Source: Fistulifera solaris
Lineage: Eukaryota
NCBI GenBank assembly: GCA_030295235.1
Contig: AP026127.1
Span: forward strand, 806,001 to 870,000
Direction of reading: 5' to 3'
DNA: 64,000 nucleotides
Shown here: positions 48,025 through 58,886 of the stretch, one piece after another
Layout: the number at the start of each line of letters is the position of its first letter
Position numbering within the stretch: position 1 is the first letter of the stretch
Made by a program: the position numbers and the translations under genes
The notes under the pieces: model-generated
What the model saw: only the letters and a program-made list of their open reading frames with translations
What the model was told of the DNA's origin: nothing
Databases searched by the model: none

Positions 48025-49230
48025 ATGCACAATAAGCCCTTCAACAAACTATTTCCCTCCCTGATCTCTGATTCATTGTTTTACAACTCTCTTGCGAACA
48101 TGGCGAACAGGAGTGTTAATCTTCTTGACCAACCAACAACACAAACCCTGACAACAATAGCTGCAGCATCATGTTCAAATATTTTGAACAGTCAAAGCAT
48201 GAGAAATCAGGATTCTGTACCTCGAAGACCCCATCGAGCGCACAGCCCAGAGAGTAATCCGATGGGCGCAGCATTTCGGCCAAAGATAGGAAGGCCGACT
48301 TCACGCAGTACATCGGAAAACGTGAGTGATTTGTCGAATTCACACGGAAGTTTGAGCTCGATTTCCTCGTTTTTCTCCTCTACGGATGGCAGTGGTCCGG
48401 CATCGGCAGGAAGTAGTTTCAGCTCACTGAGCTCGCCGTTGCGTAAAAGGCTCTCCACATCATCGCGACTATCTCTATTTAGCGGCCAGCCACCAGGGAA
48501 AAAGAAGATTCATCGGAAAAGTGCAAAGAAAAAGCCACAACAGCTGAATCGTTGGGACTCCTCGGAAGAATGCAATTTGAAAGGATTGCCTCAGAAGCCT
48601 CGACGAGCCGACGCACCACAGCGGGTCGAGACAGCATCGCGTGGGCGAGATTTCGGAGCACCAGCACGAGGGCGATTGTATTCTGATGAAAGTGCAACCA
48701 GCCGATGGTCTTCGCATGTCAGCACTTCATCGCGTGATGTAACCGTTTCTCCCAGAAGAACTGGTTCACCTCGCAAGCCTTCTCGTCCTCCACTGATGGC
48801 GACACCGGATCTCCAATCGTCAAAGAAAAGCGAAACGCACTTTGAGAGAGAAATCGAGTTTCACCCCAATTTTATCAACAATTTTCGAAACGTCGATTCG
48901 AAGGTCCAATTCGCTGAACCAAACAACAATGGAGGTTCAACCGAACACCGTGCCGTCCTGTTCCGACAACCCAAAGCCTACAATTTGTTACTCTCCGAAT
49001 CTTCACACAGCCATCCTCCTGCTTTGATACCGCGACTTCCACCCTGGAATCCCAAAAACAACACCGATCCTGTTCATAAATTGAAATGTCCGTTCGAATG
49101 GGCCGAATCGAAGCGATCCATCGCCACAGCGAGTACGCGTGAATCGAGCGCATCTTCCGCTGCGTGTCCTGACTACTCCATTCCTTGGTTTGCTGCCCGT
49201 CGTCAGCAACAATCGAAATTCGGCCCGTAG
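48025..49230 (+). CDS. Ser/Pro/Arg-rich RW-motif protein, paralog 4 of 5
   Basis: QDSVPRRPHRAHSPE, LNRWDS..PQKPRR, SRWSSH..SPRR, RAVLFRQPKAYNL and RSIATASTRESSASSAACPDYSIPWF. Confidence 0.8.
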   Translation: MHNKPFNKLFPSLISDSLFYNSLANMANRSVNLLDQPTTQTLTTIAAASCSNILNSQSMRNQDSVPRRPHRAHSPESNPMGAAFRPKIGRPTSRSTSENVSDLSNSHGSLSSISSFFSSTDGSGPASAGSSFSSLSSPLRKRLSTSSRLSLFSGQPPGKKKIHRKSAKKKPQQLNRWDSSEECNLKGLPQKPRRADAPQRVETASRGRDFGAPARGRLYSDESATSRWSSHVSTSSRDVTVSPRRTGSPRKPSRPPLMATPDLQSSKKSETHFEREIEFHPNFINNFRNVDSKVQFAEPNNNGGSTEHRAVLFRQPKAYNLLLSESSHSHPPALIPRLPPWNPKNNTDPVHKLKCPFEWAESKRSIATASTRESSASSAACPDYSIPWFAARRQQQSKFGP

Positions 49231-50024
49231 CGAGTGTAAATTAAGTTTGTTTGCTTGTTTCACGAATGCTTTACAGTGACATTTATCGCTACCCCAACAT
49301 TGTTGCGATTGTAACGCGTTCGATGGAAACGATCTTCATTCCTTTGTTGGCAAAATGATTTCGAATTGAATGCTTTAGTTTGTCTCATTCGTCGCTAATG
49401 ACACGAAGCCATGGACATGTTAGGATCGAGGATGGACTTGTTTCGGAACAGCATGGCTGTCAAGAAGAAAACGGCGGCCTTAGAGCGCGCCGACGGGGAG
49501 AAAAATTGAGCCTTCGGCAACCGGCACTCAAGACGTATCTTTTACTCTTAAAACGCCTACTAAGTAGACGAGTATTTAGAGCTTTGGGGCTATAGAGGGG
49601 CTATAGAAAACACAAGCTATTTTCGTTTCAGTACGCCAGACTACTGTTTTCTTGACTGATGCGTAATTTGTCACACAGTCACACATTGATACATAGGACA
49701 AACAAAGATTGCCGATACAGTATAGTACTAATCACGAGCCGTCACGTCTGTCACACGCACTTGAAGACTTGCGCCAAAAAGAAAGACGCACTCCATCGTT
49801 TTCTTCTTTTCGACACCCATCACGTGTCATCAAGTGTGTTTGTTTTTGCATTTTCCTTGCATAATAACAGGTGTGACATCGTTCATCAAACGTGAAAGGA
49901 TGCGATGAACCTGTTCCCGGAAAACATGTGGGGAAAAACGGTGCATGCTCCGCACAATGGCAGCACGTTGCGTTCACAGCCCAATTTATGGCGTCGGAAG
50001 TGCAAGCAAGCATCATCAACCTGA

Positions 50025-51017
50025 ATGAACCCTTTTCTTGAACGATCTCTGAGTAACTGTCACCACACAATGAACATGGAAACATCTCCGTCTTCATATT
50101 GCTTGATGAAGCAAGATTCATTACCTCGACGACCCCGTCGAGCGCACAGTCCGGAACGCCTCGACGTCAACAGCATTACTTCTTTCAAGGCCGTCATCCG
50201 CCGCGTCTCGTTCGCCGACAGTGTCAGCGATTTATCCTTGTCGTCTTCACAGGAAAGTGGCTGTGAATCATCAGTCTGCTCGATTCTTTCCTTCGATGAT
50301 CTTTCGACGATTCTCAATCACTCGACGGGTACACCCACCAGCAGTTCTCTGAGCTCTTCGTCATCGTCGCGCAAGTTTTCTACGACGACTCGTTTATCCT
50401 TGTTTAGCAGTCAGGCGCACGAGAAGAAGAAATCGAAAACAAAGAAGGGACGAGGAGGTCGGAAACAACCAAAGCAAGAAGAGGAAATGCTGAATCGCTG
50501 GGATTCCTGGAAGAACGACGAACCACAAGGATCACCCGTCAAACCGAAACGAAAAGCACTCATTGATAGCCGATGGTCTTCTCATTCCTCGCGTGCTCCG
50601 ATTTCATCACCACGGCGCAGTTCCTCCCCGCGTCGTATCGCTTGTGCTCCGCCTCCCCTGGCTTCACCGCCGTTGATGCCGCTCCAACTGGACCAACAAC
50701 AGCAGGACATTGTGTTTCATCCACCTGCCAAACAGCTTCCGACACTCCCGCAGTTGCAACCTCGAGCCGTACTGACGCGCCGACCGAAAGCCCGCAACTT
50801 GGTCTTGGAAGCGGCCGTAAGCCCGAATCGTTTCCCAAAGGCAATTTTGACGGAACGCGACCACGAAACGATTCGGAAACTGAAATCGACGTGGGAGTCC
50901 CGACGTTCGGTCGCCACGACGAGTACTCGCGATTCGGCCGCCTCGTCGACAGCGTCCCCCGATTATTCGATTCCTTGGTTCTCGTCGTCGTTGCACCGTC
51001 CGTCGGCGCTTAAATGA
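50025..51017 (+). CDS. Ser/Pro/Arg-rich RW-motif protein, paralog 5 of 5
   Basis: QDSLPRRPRRAHSPE, LNRWDSW..SPVKPKRK, SRWSSHS..SPRR, RAVLTRRPKARNL and RSVATTSTRDSAASSTASPDYSIPWF. Confidence 0.8.
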   Translation: MNPFLERSLSNCHHTMNMETSPSSYCLMKQDSLPRRPRRAHSPERLDVNSITSFKAVIRRVSFADSVSDLSLSSSQESGCESSVCSILSFDDLSTILNHSTGTPTSSSLSSSSSSRKFSTTTRLSLFSSQAHEKKKSKTKKGRGGRKQPKQEEEMLNRWDSWKNDEPQGSPVKPKRKALIDSRWSSHSSRAPISSPRRSSSPRRIACAPPPLASPPLMPLQLDQQQQDIVFHPPAKQLPTLPQLQPRAVLTRRPKARNLVLEAAVSPNRFPKAILTERDHETIRKLKSTWESRRSVATTSTRDSAASSTASPDYSIPWFSSSLHRPSALK

Positions 51018-51288
51018 AGTGTGTCGAGGCAAACTGTTTTGTTCTACAGCAAAGGCTTGGAGACAAGGGTTCAATTTTGAAGCTGATTTCGTCTATCTCT
51101 ATCTCGAACAAGTTTAGTTGTGATAAAGATGTAAATAGGAAGTTACGATTATCAATTATGAGCACTACATGCCGCCGTTACACCCGTAATGTCATTTCGA
51201 TTCGAAAGGCTTGACGAGAAAATAGCCATTTTTACATTCGTACCCGCATTCTTCAGATCGCGTAGGCATTTTACTAGGTCAGGATTAC

Positions 51289-51590
51289 CGTTTCCAGAGT
51301 ATCTGAAACGTCCACAGAATGTCTGTCTTGCCCAAAACAACGATTCCAGGATTTCTGGAACGCCGTCAAAATCTATGTCTGACCCAACACAACGATTCCA
51401 GAATTTTTGGAACGTCCACAAAATCTCTGTCTGACCCAAAAGAGCGATTCAAGAATTTCTGGAACGTGAATGAATCTCCGTGTGACTCAATTCACCGATT
51501 CCAGAATTTCTGGAACGTCCACAAAATCTCTGTCTGACCCAAAAGAGCGATTCCAGAATTTCTGGATCGTGAATAAATCTCTCTGTGACG
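51289..51590. repeat. tandem array, ~6 units of ~52 bp, each with a ttccaga-att-tctggaa palindrome
   Basis: cgattccagaatttctggaacg-like cores at ~51289 (degenerate), 51341, 51393, 51445, 51496 and 51548. Confidence 0.93.
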
Positions 51591-51708
51591 CGCTGCATTG
51601 CGACGAAGTCCTAGGCTCAGTTGTTTGTTCCTTTGTTTTGAACGATTATTGTTTCCTTCTTGTATAGTCCATCAATATCTGCATCCATTTCTCTATTATG
51701 GCGACAAA

Positions 51709-53073
51709 ATGATGGCTTCAAAAGGAAGTTTACAGCATGATCGGCGGCAAGAAATACGCAATATCGTCTCAATCGGAATCACCGTCGTTGCTTCGGCATC
51801 TACTTGGTTCTTCTTCTATTACCGACGCCAACAGCAAAAACGAATACGAAAGTTAGAGTCGCGACAAGAACCGACAAATTTTTCTTCTGCATACGAAAGT
51901 CTCATAGGGAATACTCCTCTCGTGAAATTGCCGCGACTGTCTCGCATCTTGCAACGTGATGTATATGTGAAAATGGAAAGCATGAATCCGGGAGGCACAG
52001 GCAAAGATCGAGCGGCATGGGCCATGCTACACGCGGCGGAACAAGAGGGAACATTACCACCGCCTATACAAGAACACAGCCATGAAATTAATCACGCAGT
52101 AACAACGAAAGCCCCCACTTACGTACCGCAAAATGAAACAGAACAAAGCTACGAGACTGCCATTTGGCAAGCTATGCGAGCATCCCGAACCGGTGGCTTG
52201 GTCGTGGAAGGGACATCTGGATCAACGGGCATTTCCTTGGCCACTTTGTGCGCCTGTCGGGGACATGCCTGTTTGGTTGTTTTACCGGATGACCAAGCGT
52301 ACGAAAAACAAAAGATTTTACAAACGCTTCAAGCTCATGTGCTCATCGTACCCAACGTTTCGATTTCCAACCCGAAACATTACGTCAATATTGCTCGTCG
52401 ACTGGCACAATACGCACGGAATCAAATGAATATACCTGCCGTCTTTGTGGATCAATTTGAAAATCAGGCGAATGTACAGTGCCATGCTCACGTAACGGGA
52501 CGTGAAGTACTAGCGCAATGTCCCACATTAGACGCCTTTGTAATGTCGGCCGGCACAGGAGGTACCTTGGCAGGTATTGGCACATTCCTGAGACAACATC
52601 GTCCTACTTGTCGCATAGTTTTGGTGGATCCGCCTGGGAGTGCCCTTTACAACAAAATTCAATACGGCGTGGCGTATACCACGGAGCAACAAGAACGTGG
52701 TCTTTTACGACATCGATACGATACTTTAGCCGAAGGCATAGGACTGGATCGTGTGACACAAAATTTGGCTTATGGTTTGGAATGCATCGACGAGGCCGTT
52801 CGGGTATCGGATCAAGATGCTGTAGACATGGCGCATTGGATGCTGCAGAACGAGGGATTGTGGGTCGGTTCGAGTTCCGCCATGAATGTCGTGGGCGCGA
52901 TCGAAACCGCCTGGAAGTTATCTCCGGGCTCGCGAGTTGTGACGGTGATTTGTGATTCGGGAAGTCGTCACTTGACGCGCTTTTGGAATCGTGATTTTAT
53001 CCTAGAGAGGGGTCTTCGATGGCCGCGCGATCAAGAAAAGGAGTTATTACCTGCCTGTCTAGAGCATCGGTAA
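51709..53073 (+). CDS. PLP-dependent cysteine synthase family protein (N-terminal TM, mitochondrial-type subfamily)
   Basis: Motifs LIGNTPLVKL, VYVKMESMNPGGTGKDRAA, VVEGTSGSTGISLA, DQFENQAN, SAGTGGTLAG, AEGIGLDR, EGLWVGSSSAMN and VVTVICDSGSRH. Confidence 0.93.
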   Translation: MMASKGSLQHDRRQEIRNIVSIGITVVASASTWFFFYYRRQQQKRIRKLESRQEPTNFSSAYESLIGNTPLVKLPRLSRILQRDVYVKMESMNPGGTGKDRAAWAMLHAAEQEGTLPPPIQEHSHEINHAVTTKAPTYVPQNETEQSYETAIWQAMRASRTGGLVVEGTSGSTGISLATLCACRGHACLVVLPDDQAYEKQKILQTLQAHVLIVPNVSISNPKHYVNIARRLAQYARNQMNIPAVFVDQFENQANVQCHAHVTGREVLAQCPTLDAFVMSAGTGGTLAGIGTFLRQHRPTCRIVLVDPPGSALYNKIQYGVAYTTEQQERGLLRHRYDTLAEGIGLDRVTQNLAYGLECIDEAVRVSDQDAVDMAHWMLQNEGLWVGSSSAMNVVGAIETAWKLSPGSRVVTVICDSGSRHLTRFWNRDFILERGLRWPRDQEKELLPACLEHR

Positions 53074-53165
53074 TGATTGACATTCTATAATGTTTTTCTA
53101 GAGGAATAGGCATTTACATGACTCAATGATAGTCCTAATTAGAAGGAAGCGCTTCATTTATTTGT

Positions 53166-53933
53166 TTAGAAGAAGTCATCTTCATACCGTTCACCGTATT
53201 CATCATACTGATCAAACTTATCATTGTCTCCAAATGTTTCGATCATCTTTTGTCGTGCTTTTGCTTCGGCTACTTTGTCAACTTTCTTGGACTTTTGCGC
53301 TTGTCCCTTGACCTTGCGCTTCGCCGCCTGTACTTTTTCATTTTTGATGACATTGAGCGTTTTAATAAGTTCCGTGACAGCATCATCATCCAAAACATCC
53401 TTCGAACTCGTGACGCATTCTTTGAAAAACGCCGAGGCAAAATGAACATTTCCGTGTTTCTTCATAGCTTCCGCTACTTTGCGAGCATGTTTCAAATGGT
53501 CTTTAAGGTCTTTCAAGACAACAATATCACCGGCAGCAGCGGCACCTGTCGTCTTGTTTTTCGTATTGTCGGCTCCGAACAAATCATCCGTCAATTCATT
53601 ATCGGCTGCCTCGATGCGCTGACGCTCCAGCTGTCGTCGCTCGTCCGGTGTCATTTTCGCTTCCGCCTCGGCTTCCAATTCCATCGCTCGTCGAGCCAAT
53701 TCCAGCTCTTCCTTGGCATCTAATTCTTTCTGTTTCTTTTCCGCCAACGCCTTCCCTCTTGTCTTCAGTTCCATCGTCTGCAATCGATCTTGTTCGGCCT
53801 TTTCTTTTAAAGCCAGATCTTCTTCGTCCTCAAACGTGGGCACGTTCGTTTGCAATTTGGAGAGTTTCGCGGCGAGTTCGTCATCGTCGGATTTGTCCCA
53901 ATCATCGTCACTGTCGTCCCAGTTGTCTCCCAT
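53166..53933 (-). CDS. EIF3J: eukaryotic translation initiation factor 3 subunit J
   Basis: Acidic N-terminus with W (DNWDDSDDDWD), ERQRIEAADNELTDDLFG, KTLNVIKNEK and C-terminal YEDDFF. Confidence 0.85.
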   Translation of the reverse strand: MGDNWDDSDDDWDKSDDDELAAKLSKLQTNVPTFEDEEDLALKEKAEQDRLQTMELKTRGKALAEKKQKELDAKEELELARRAMELEAEAEAKMTPDERRQLERQRIEAADNELTDDLFGADNTKNKTTGAAAAGDIVVLKDLKDHLKHARKVAEAMKKHGNVHFASAFFKECVTSSKDVLDDDAVTELIKTLNVIKNEKVQAAKRKVKGQAQKSKKVDKVAEAKARQKMIETFGDNDKFDQYDEYGERYEDDFF

Positions 53934-54427
53934 GGTGTCTTTGTTAAGTCCGTTGTGAAATAAACGAACGATTTGCTGTTAAACAAAAGTGAATAAAGGC
54001 TTAGGAACGATGTTAATGCAGCAGTTGCAAAATATACATGAAACACGCGCAAAACAGCGCAAGGACGAGAAAAGACGAGACTACAAGTACAGAATAGACG
54101 ACAGTCCCTGTCGTACGCCACATTTCCGCGTGTGTGGTGTCTGCTTAATTCCAAGGACAGCATGACAGACAAATAAATGAGGGCTAAGGTTAAAATTATA
54201 GAGTAGCTATGGGTCTTTCGCAAGATGAGATAGCTTTAAGCTCTCTAGCACTGACGAATACAAAAAGTAAGCTTCGGAGGGTTCCAGATAACACTTGAAA
54301 ATAAAAACCGTTAAAGATCTCGGTTCGCAAAGCGATAGAAGGAGCAATGAGCGCGAAAAATAATCGACGTCAAGATACACGAATGTCTGTGATCATCCAA
54401 TTTATGCCAAAACGTCTTTGCTCCAGA

Positions 54428-54939
54428 CTATAAACAGTCATCGTCTTCCGATTGGCTCTCAATCTTCCCATTCAACCGCGCGGCATCACGGCTGTCAATG
54501 ACAATAGTTACAGGTCCATCATTCACCAAACTCACGTCCATCATGGCTCCGAAGACGCCGTTGTGTATCTTCTCCGAGGAATATTCCCTTTTCAACAGAT
54601 CAATAAAATCCTGATACAGCTGCTCGGCTTGTGCCGCTTTCATGGCTAGTTTATAGTCCGGTTGATGCTTCTTCGACAAGGTGGCGTACAATGTAAATTG
54701 ACTGACGCACAAACAATCGTACGATTTCTGTTTCACAGAATGTCGCCATTGTCCTCCACTCTCATTTTCCCACAGCTTACATCCAAGTAGCTTTTTGCAG
54801 CAGTATTCCAGATCCTGCAGGGTGTCCTCTTGGTGCAAGCCGACCAAGGCGAGGAGGCCCGGGCCGATGGCCGAGGCGATCGATTGATTGTCGGTCAAGT
54901 GACTGACGCCGAGCGCACGCGTTGAACGACGATGCGCAT
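54428..54939 (-). CDS. DTD1: D-aminoacyl-tRNA deacylase; frameshift near 54898
   Basis: MRIVVQRVRSASVT followed by IGPGLLALVG, LCVSQFTLY, GVFGAMMDVSLVNDGPVTIVIDS. One missing T joins the frames. Confidence 0.93.
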
Positions 54940-55819
54940 GGCGTAATAGTTCTTACTGAAGAAAACGAGAACGAGCCAAATAACGATAGTACTATAAGAC
55001 ATGACAGGGTATCTTTGCATGATCGAGATGGGCAAAAGCAAGAAAAGGAAAAATAATACTCCGTACTCACGTAATACGACAACCAGGTAACCTGGTAGAG
55101 TACTCTTATTCAATAGTTCCGATTTACTCTCATGCTTTATGTTGGTTATAACGGTCGTGAGTGCCGCTCAGAAATAATGTTTCCCTTATCAGCTGATAGT
55201 AACACTTGCTGTCATGTTTTAGGTAGGTTTTAACGGTCGTGAGTCCCGCTGTTCTTTAGATTTTTTTCTGAGTTATTCGTGACTGCAACGCAGTCCTGGT
55301 TTTGTTGACCCCAAAACCAACTCATTGCCCAAAACAAATAGAAATGAGAGAATTAGATGAGCAGGAAACGATCAGTAAGCATCTAGTTTTAAGATAAAGT
55401 TGGGCTACAGTTCCCTTTGTGAAAGCACACTGCCATCTTCGGTTGTAACTTATTTACTTTACGGACCTACTAGTTGGACAAATCATAACAATTGAATTGC
55501 CAACGTCTAATACTGCACCTTAAATTTAAATGGGGACACTTATCGTTAAGAATGATCTTTTTAAATGCTTATGAATCCTGTGAATTTTTGTCCTCCTCTT
55601 GTATTCACTAAAGTGTATGAACTTTCGTAATCTCGCGCAAGTAATCGGCGATCGAGGCAAAAAATGACGCATGGCTGTAGACACGTGGTGCATGCTGACA
55701 GCGGTCTCTCAGCAAGTGGACATACTATATGCTCTGTTTAGAAGTTCCTGAGCTGTTCGCTCATCACTGAACATTTCTCTGCTAGATGTAACCCATCTGC
55801 GTATCAAGCAGCACCTTGT

Positions 55820-56938
55820 TCATAGAGGAACAACAACCACCGAAATATCATCCCGGTAACCCTTTCTCGGAGCAATACGATCCACAAAAAGCGGCAATTT
55901 CTCTGCAAAGGTTGTATCACGACCAGGCTCGTACAAATCGTTCGTAAACCGCCGAGCTAGAAATTCCATGCGTCGCAAATCCCACAAACCATCACTGGCT
56001 GCCACAAGAAATTGTCTGTCTATGGACTCAATTGGTACTACATCGACAATAGGTTCTGCAGTTACACCAATTTTCTTCCATTCCAAGTCCCCAACGGATC
56101 GACTCATCGCCAACCCGATGGTTTCATTCGCAACCTTTGAAAAGACAATCACACGCGACATGGCCGAATTCTGTGGAGGCGTGTGTATCTTACCACCTCT
56201 ACCCTCAATTCTCGCACGTTCATCGGGAAGATGAGGCTTGTCAAAGCGGGTATGATAAACCACGGTCGCGTTTAACTTGCCGTGCACCAGTATAGTGCGA
56301 CTGTCTCCAGCGTTGGCGAAATACAGCTTCTCGCCGATCCGCAGCGTCACGGAGGCGGTACAGCCGCCGCGTTGTCCCGAGTGAACAGGAACGTATTTCT
56401 GAAGTTCGGCAAAGGCATCTTTGAGTTGTTGTTGAATCCAGTCATCGGATTGACAACACTGGCGTGCATTTAATTTATCGGCCACGATCCGAGGGAGTTC
56501 GGTGCGCGCAAATTCCGCCACCTCGTGACCCAATACACCGTGACCGTCGAGTATGGCAACCAGAAAGGATTCGTCTTTGTGTGTGGATTTCGCTTGTTGT
56601 TGTGTGAGAAATGGTCGGATGAGAAATGATCGATCTTGATTGACGGCATGAGAAGGACCTTGCCTTGTAAAAAGGCAACCGAGTTGACACGAAGTTGTCG
56701 GAAACTGTGTACTGCTCGAGAGAGTCACTGTTTGATTTTCTTTCGGAGAGAAAATGCAACCATAAGCAGGACACTCATTGCTGAATTTGTTCGCATCCAG
56801 CAAGAGCTGTGGAGCTGCTGGAATAAGATTCAAAAGAATGAAGGTGCTCAACAAGAAGGTTACAAAAATGCAAGAAGCGAACTGTAAAAGAATGAAGGGA
56901 ACGCTCTTTTTCTTTGTCATCAACGTGTCATCGGGCAT
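55820..56938 (-). CDS. PP2C/PPM-family protein phosphatase with N-terminal TM
   Basis: Motifs NQDR, AILDGHG..GH, GCTA, LYFANAGDSR, KPHLPDERARIE..GG, LAMSRSVGD, LVAASDGLWD and DDISVVV. Confidence 0.92.
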   Translation of the reverse strand: MPDDTLMTKKKSVPFILLQFASCIFVTFLLSTFILLNLIPAAPQLLLDANKFSNECPAYGCIFSPKENQTVTLSSSTQFPTTSCQLGCLFTRQGPSHAVNQDRSFLIRPFLTQQQAKSTHKDESFLVAILDGHGVLGHEVAEFARTELPRIVADKLNARQCCQSDDWIQQQLKDAFAELQKYVPVHSGQRGGCTASVTLRIGEKLYFANAGDSRTILVHGKLNATVVYHTRFDKPHLPDERARIEGRGGKIHTPPQNSAMSRVIVFSKVANETIGLAMSRSVGDLEWKKIGVTAEPIVDVVPIESIDRQFLVAASDGLWDLRRMEFLARRFTNDLYEPGRDTTFAEKLPLFVDRIAPRKGYRDDISVVVVPL

Positions 56939-57420
56939 TGCAGCTCATCAAGAAACTGTTATTCATTTCAAGCACGAAAAGATTAGGTCGAACGTCGAAC
57001 GTCGAACTAAACCGTCATGGTGTTTCGTCGTCTCGCTCGGAAAATGTGTATCGTCTTATTTTGCCTCTCATCGCGGTCATAATGTCTTTCCGAAATGCAA
57101 ATTAAGGTTAGGAATTGTGGTGGCTAGGTGTTGAAAGCTTCCGACTCCTCCGACTCAGGCCCTGACCATGTTTTTTTAGCCCATGAACAAATACATGAAA
57201 AGTTCATTCACAATATATTCCAAAACTTTGCCGGTGCTTTGATTGATTTTGATATGGGATGAAACCAAATGGGAGTGTAGACCTCGGTATCCTGTTGTTT
57301 CTGTTGACCCCACTATAGTACAACCCTCGCCATCGGTAACCCATCAACACAAGTTTATTGAAGCTGCATGCTTGTCAGCTCTGAAAAGAAATTATTCAGC
57401 GTATAGAAATGCACGACTCT

Positions 57421-58568
57421 TCAGACAAATTGTGGTCGTCGTGGTTTGACGCCCTTTTGAAAATAGGGGTGTTCTAAAGCGCTTGTAGCTGTCAGTCGTT
57501 GCGACGGATCCAAGGCGAGCAGGCCCTCTAAAAGAGCAAAACCATCGGCATCTAGAAACGATCGACCACCCTCCAAGGGTTGTGCAACAGGAAACTTTTG
57601 TGACAGCTGCGGGACGTCACTCGACTTCCAGCGAAACAAACCCGCGTTCGGGAGATTGTCGAAGGAAGGCCAGGTTGTTTCATTAGGACCGCCCAACAAT
57701 GAAAAGATTTTGTCAATTTGATCTAACTCCCCCTGTCCCGGCATCACCGCTTCCTTTCCTCCTAAAATGAGTTCCCCGAAGATACACCCGATGCTCCACA
57801 TATCGACCGGCGGACCATAGCAACCCTCCCCGAACAGTAATTCGGGAGACCGGTACCACAATGTTACCACCAATTGCGTCATGGCTTTTGCTGGTGTTTG
57901 ATATCGTCTGGCGAGACCCAAATCAGCTAAAGCTACCCGACCCGTGCGTTGCTCGACGAGTAAATTGGAAGGCTTCAAGTCGCGATGTAAATACCAGTTA
58001 GTATGCATATGCTGTGTACCCTGCAGAACTTGTTGCAAAATTCCTTTTAGTTCCGACTGCGGTAAAGGTGCTCCGTCAAGAAGATGTTTCGACATGGCCT
58101 CGCTGAGATCATAGTCAAACAATTGCATCACCATAAAAACTTTATCAATGCCGCCTCCCGTCACCATTTCGCGAACATTGACAATATTTTCGTGTGCCAA
58201 CGCCAACAATACACTTATTTCACGGAGAGCCGTGACCGGAAAGCCATTTTTGCATGATTGGGTTCCTCTGTCATGCGCGGTTCATCGTCCACGTGAAACT
58301 TGATTTGTTTCAATGCCACCGTTTCGTTGGTCGCCAAGTCACGAGCTTTCCACACAACTCCATACGTTCCTTCACTAAGGCGTTCTATTTGTTCATAGGT
58401 ATCGTAAACTGAGCGACAACCTTGCAAGAGCGGATTGTGAAGCGGCCAGGTGGAGATCACGTTGCCGTCCGTCGACGACCTGGTTTGGGGAATAACGCGC
58501 GCCTCCTTTTCCCCATCTTCTTCTTCGTCCGAGCTCGAATCCCATCGATCCCTCTTCTTTCCTCCCAT
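57421..58568 (-). CDS. cyclin-dependent kinase, CDK10/CDK11 (PITSLRE-like) group; frameshift near 58248
   Basis: Motifs LQGCRSV..YEQIERLSEGTYGVVWKA..VALKQIK, GFPVTALREI, HRDLKPSNLL, DLGLAR, TQLVVTLWYRSPELLFG and DMWSIGCIFGE. Confidence 0.92.
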
Positions 58569-58886
58569 TCTCTAACGATAAAAATTTAGTGTAAAAATGG
58601 AGTTGAATTTAGAGAGAGAAAGGACAGCAATAACCACAACAAAAAATGCGGAGAATGAGGATATAATGCAGTGAAACTTTAGTACAGATTTAGTACCATT
58701 ACGAATGCTTCACGAAACCTACCTACATGGTTTTCATCGCGATTGATGACAAAACAAAACACGCATCACAACGAATGCGCCTCAACAAACGTATTAGTCA
58801 AAAGTAACATATTTATAAAAAAAAAATAGCATCATTAAAAATCAATTGTTCAAACTTTGTTCAAAATTCATGTTCGGAGATGTTTC

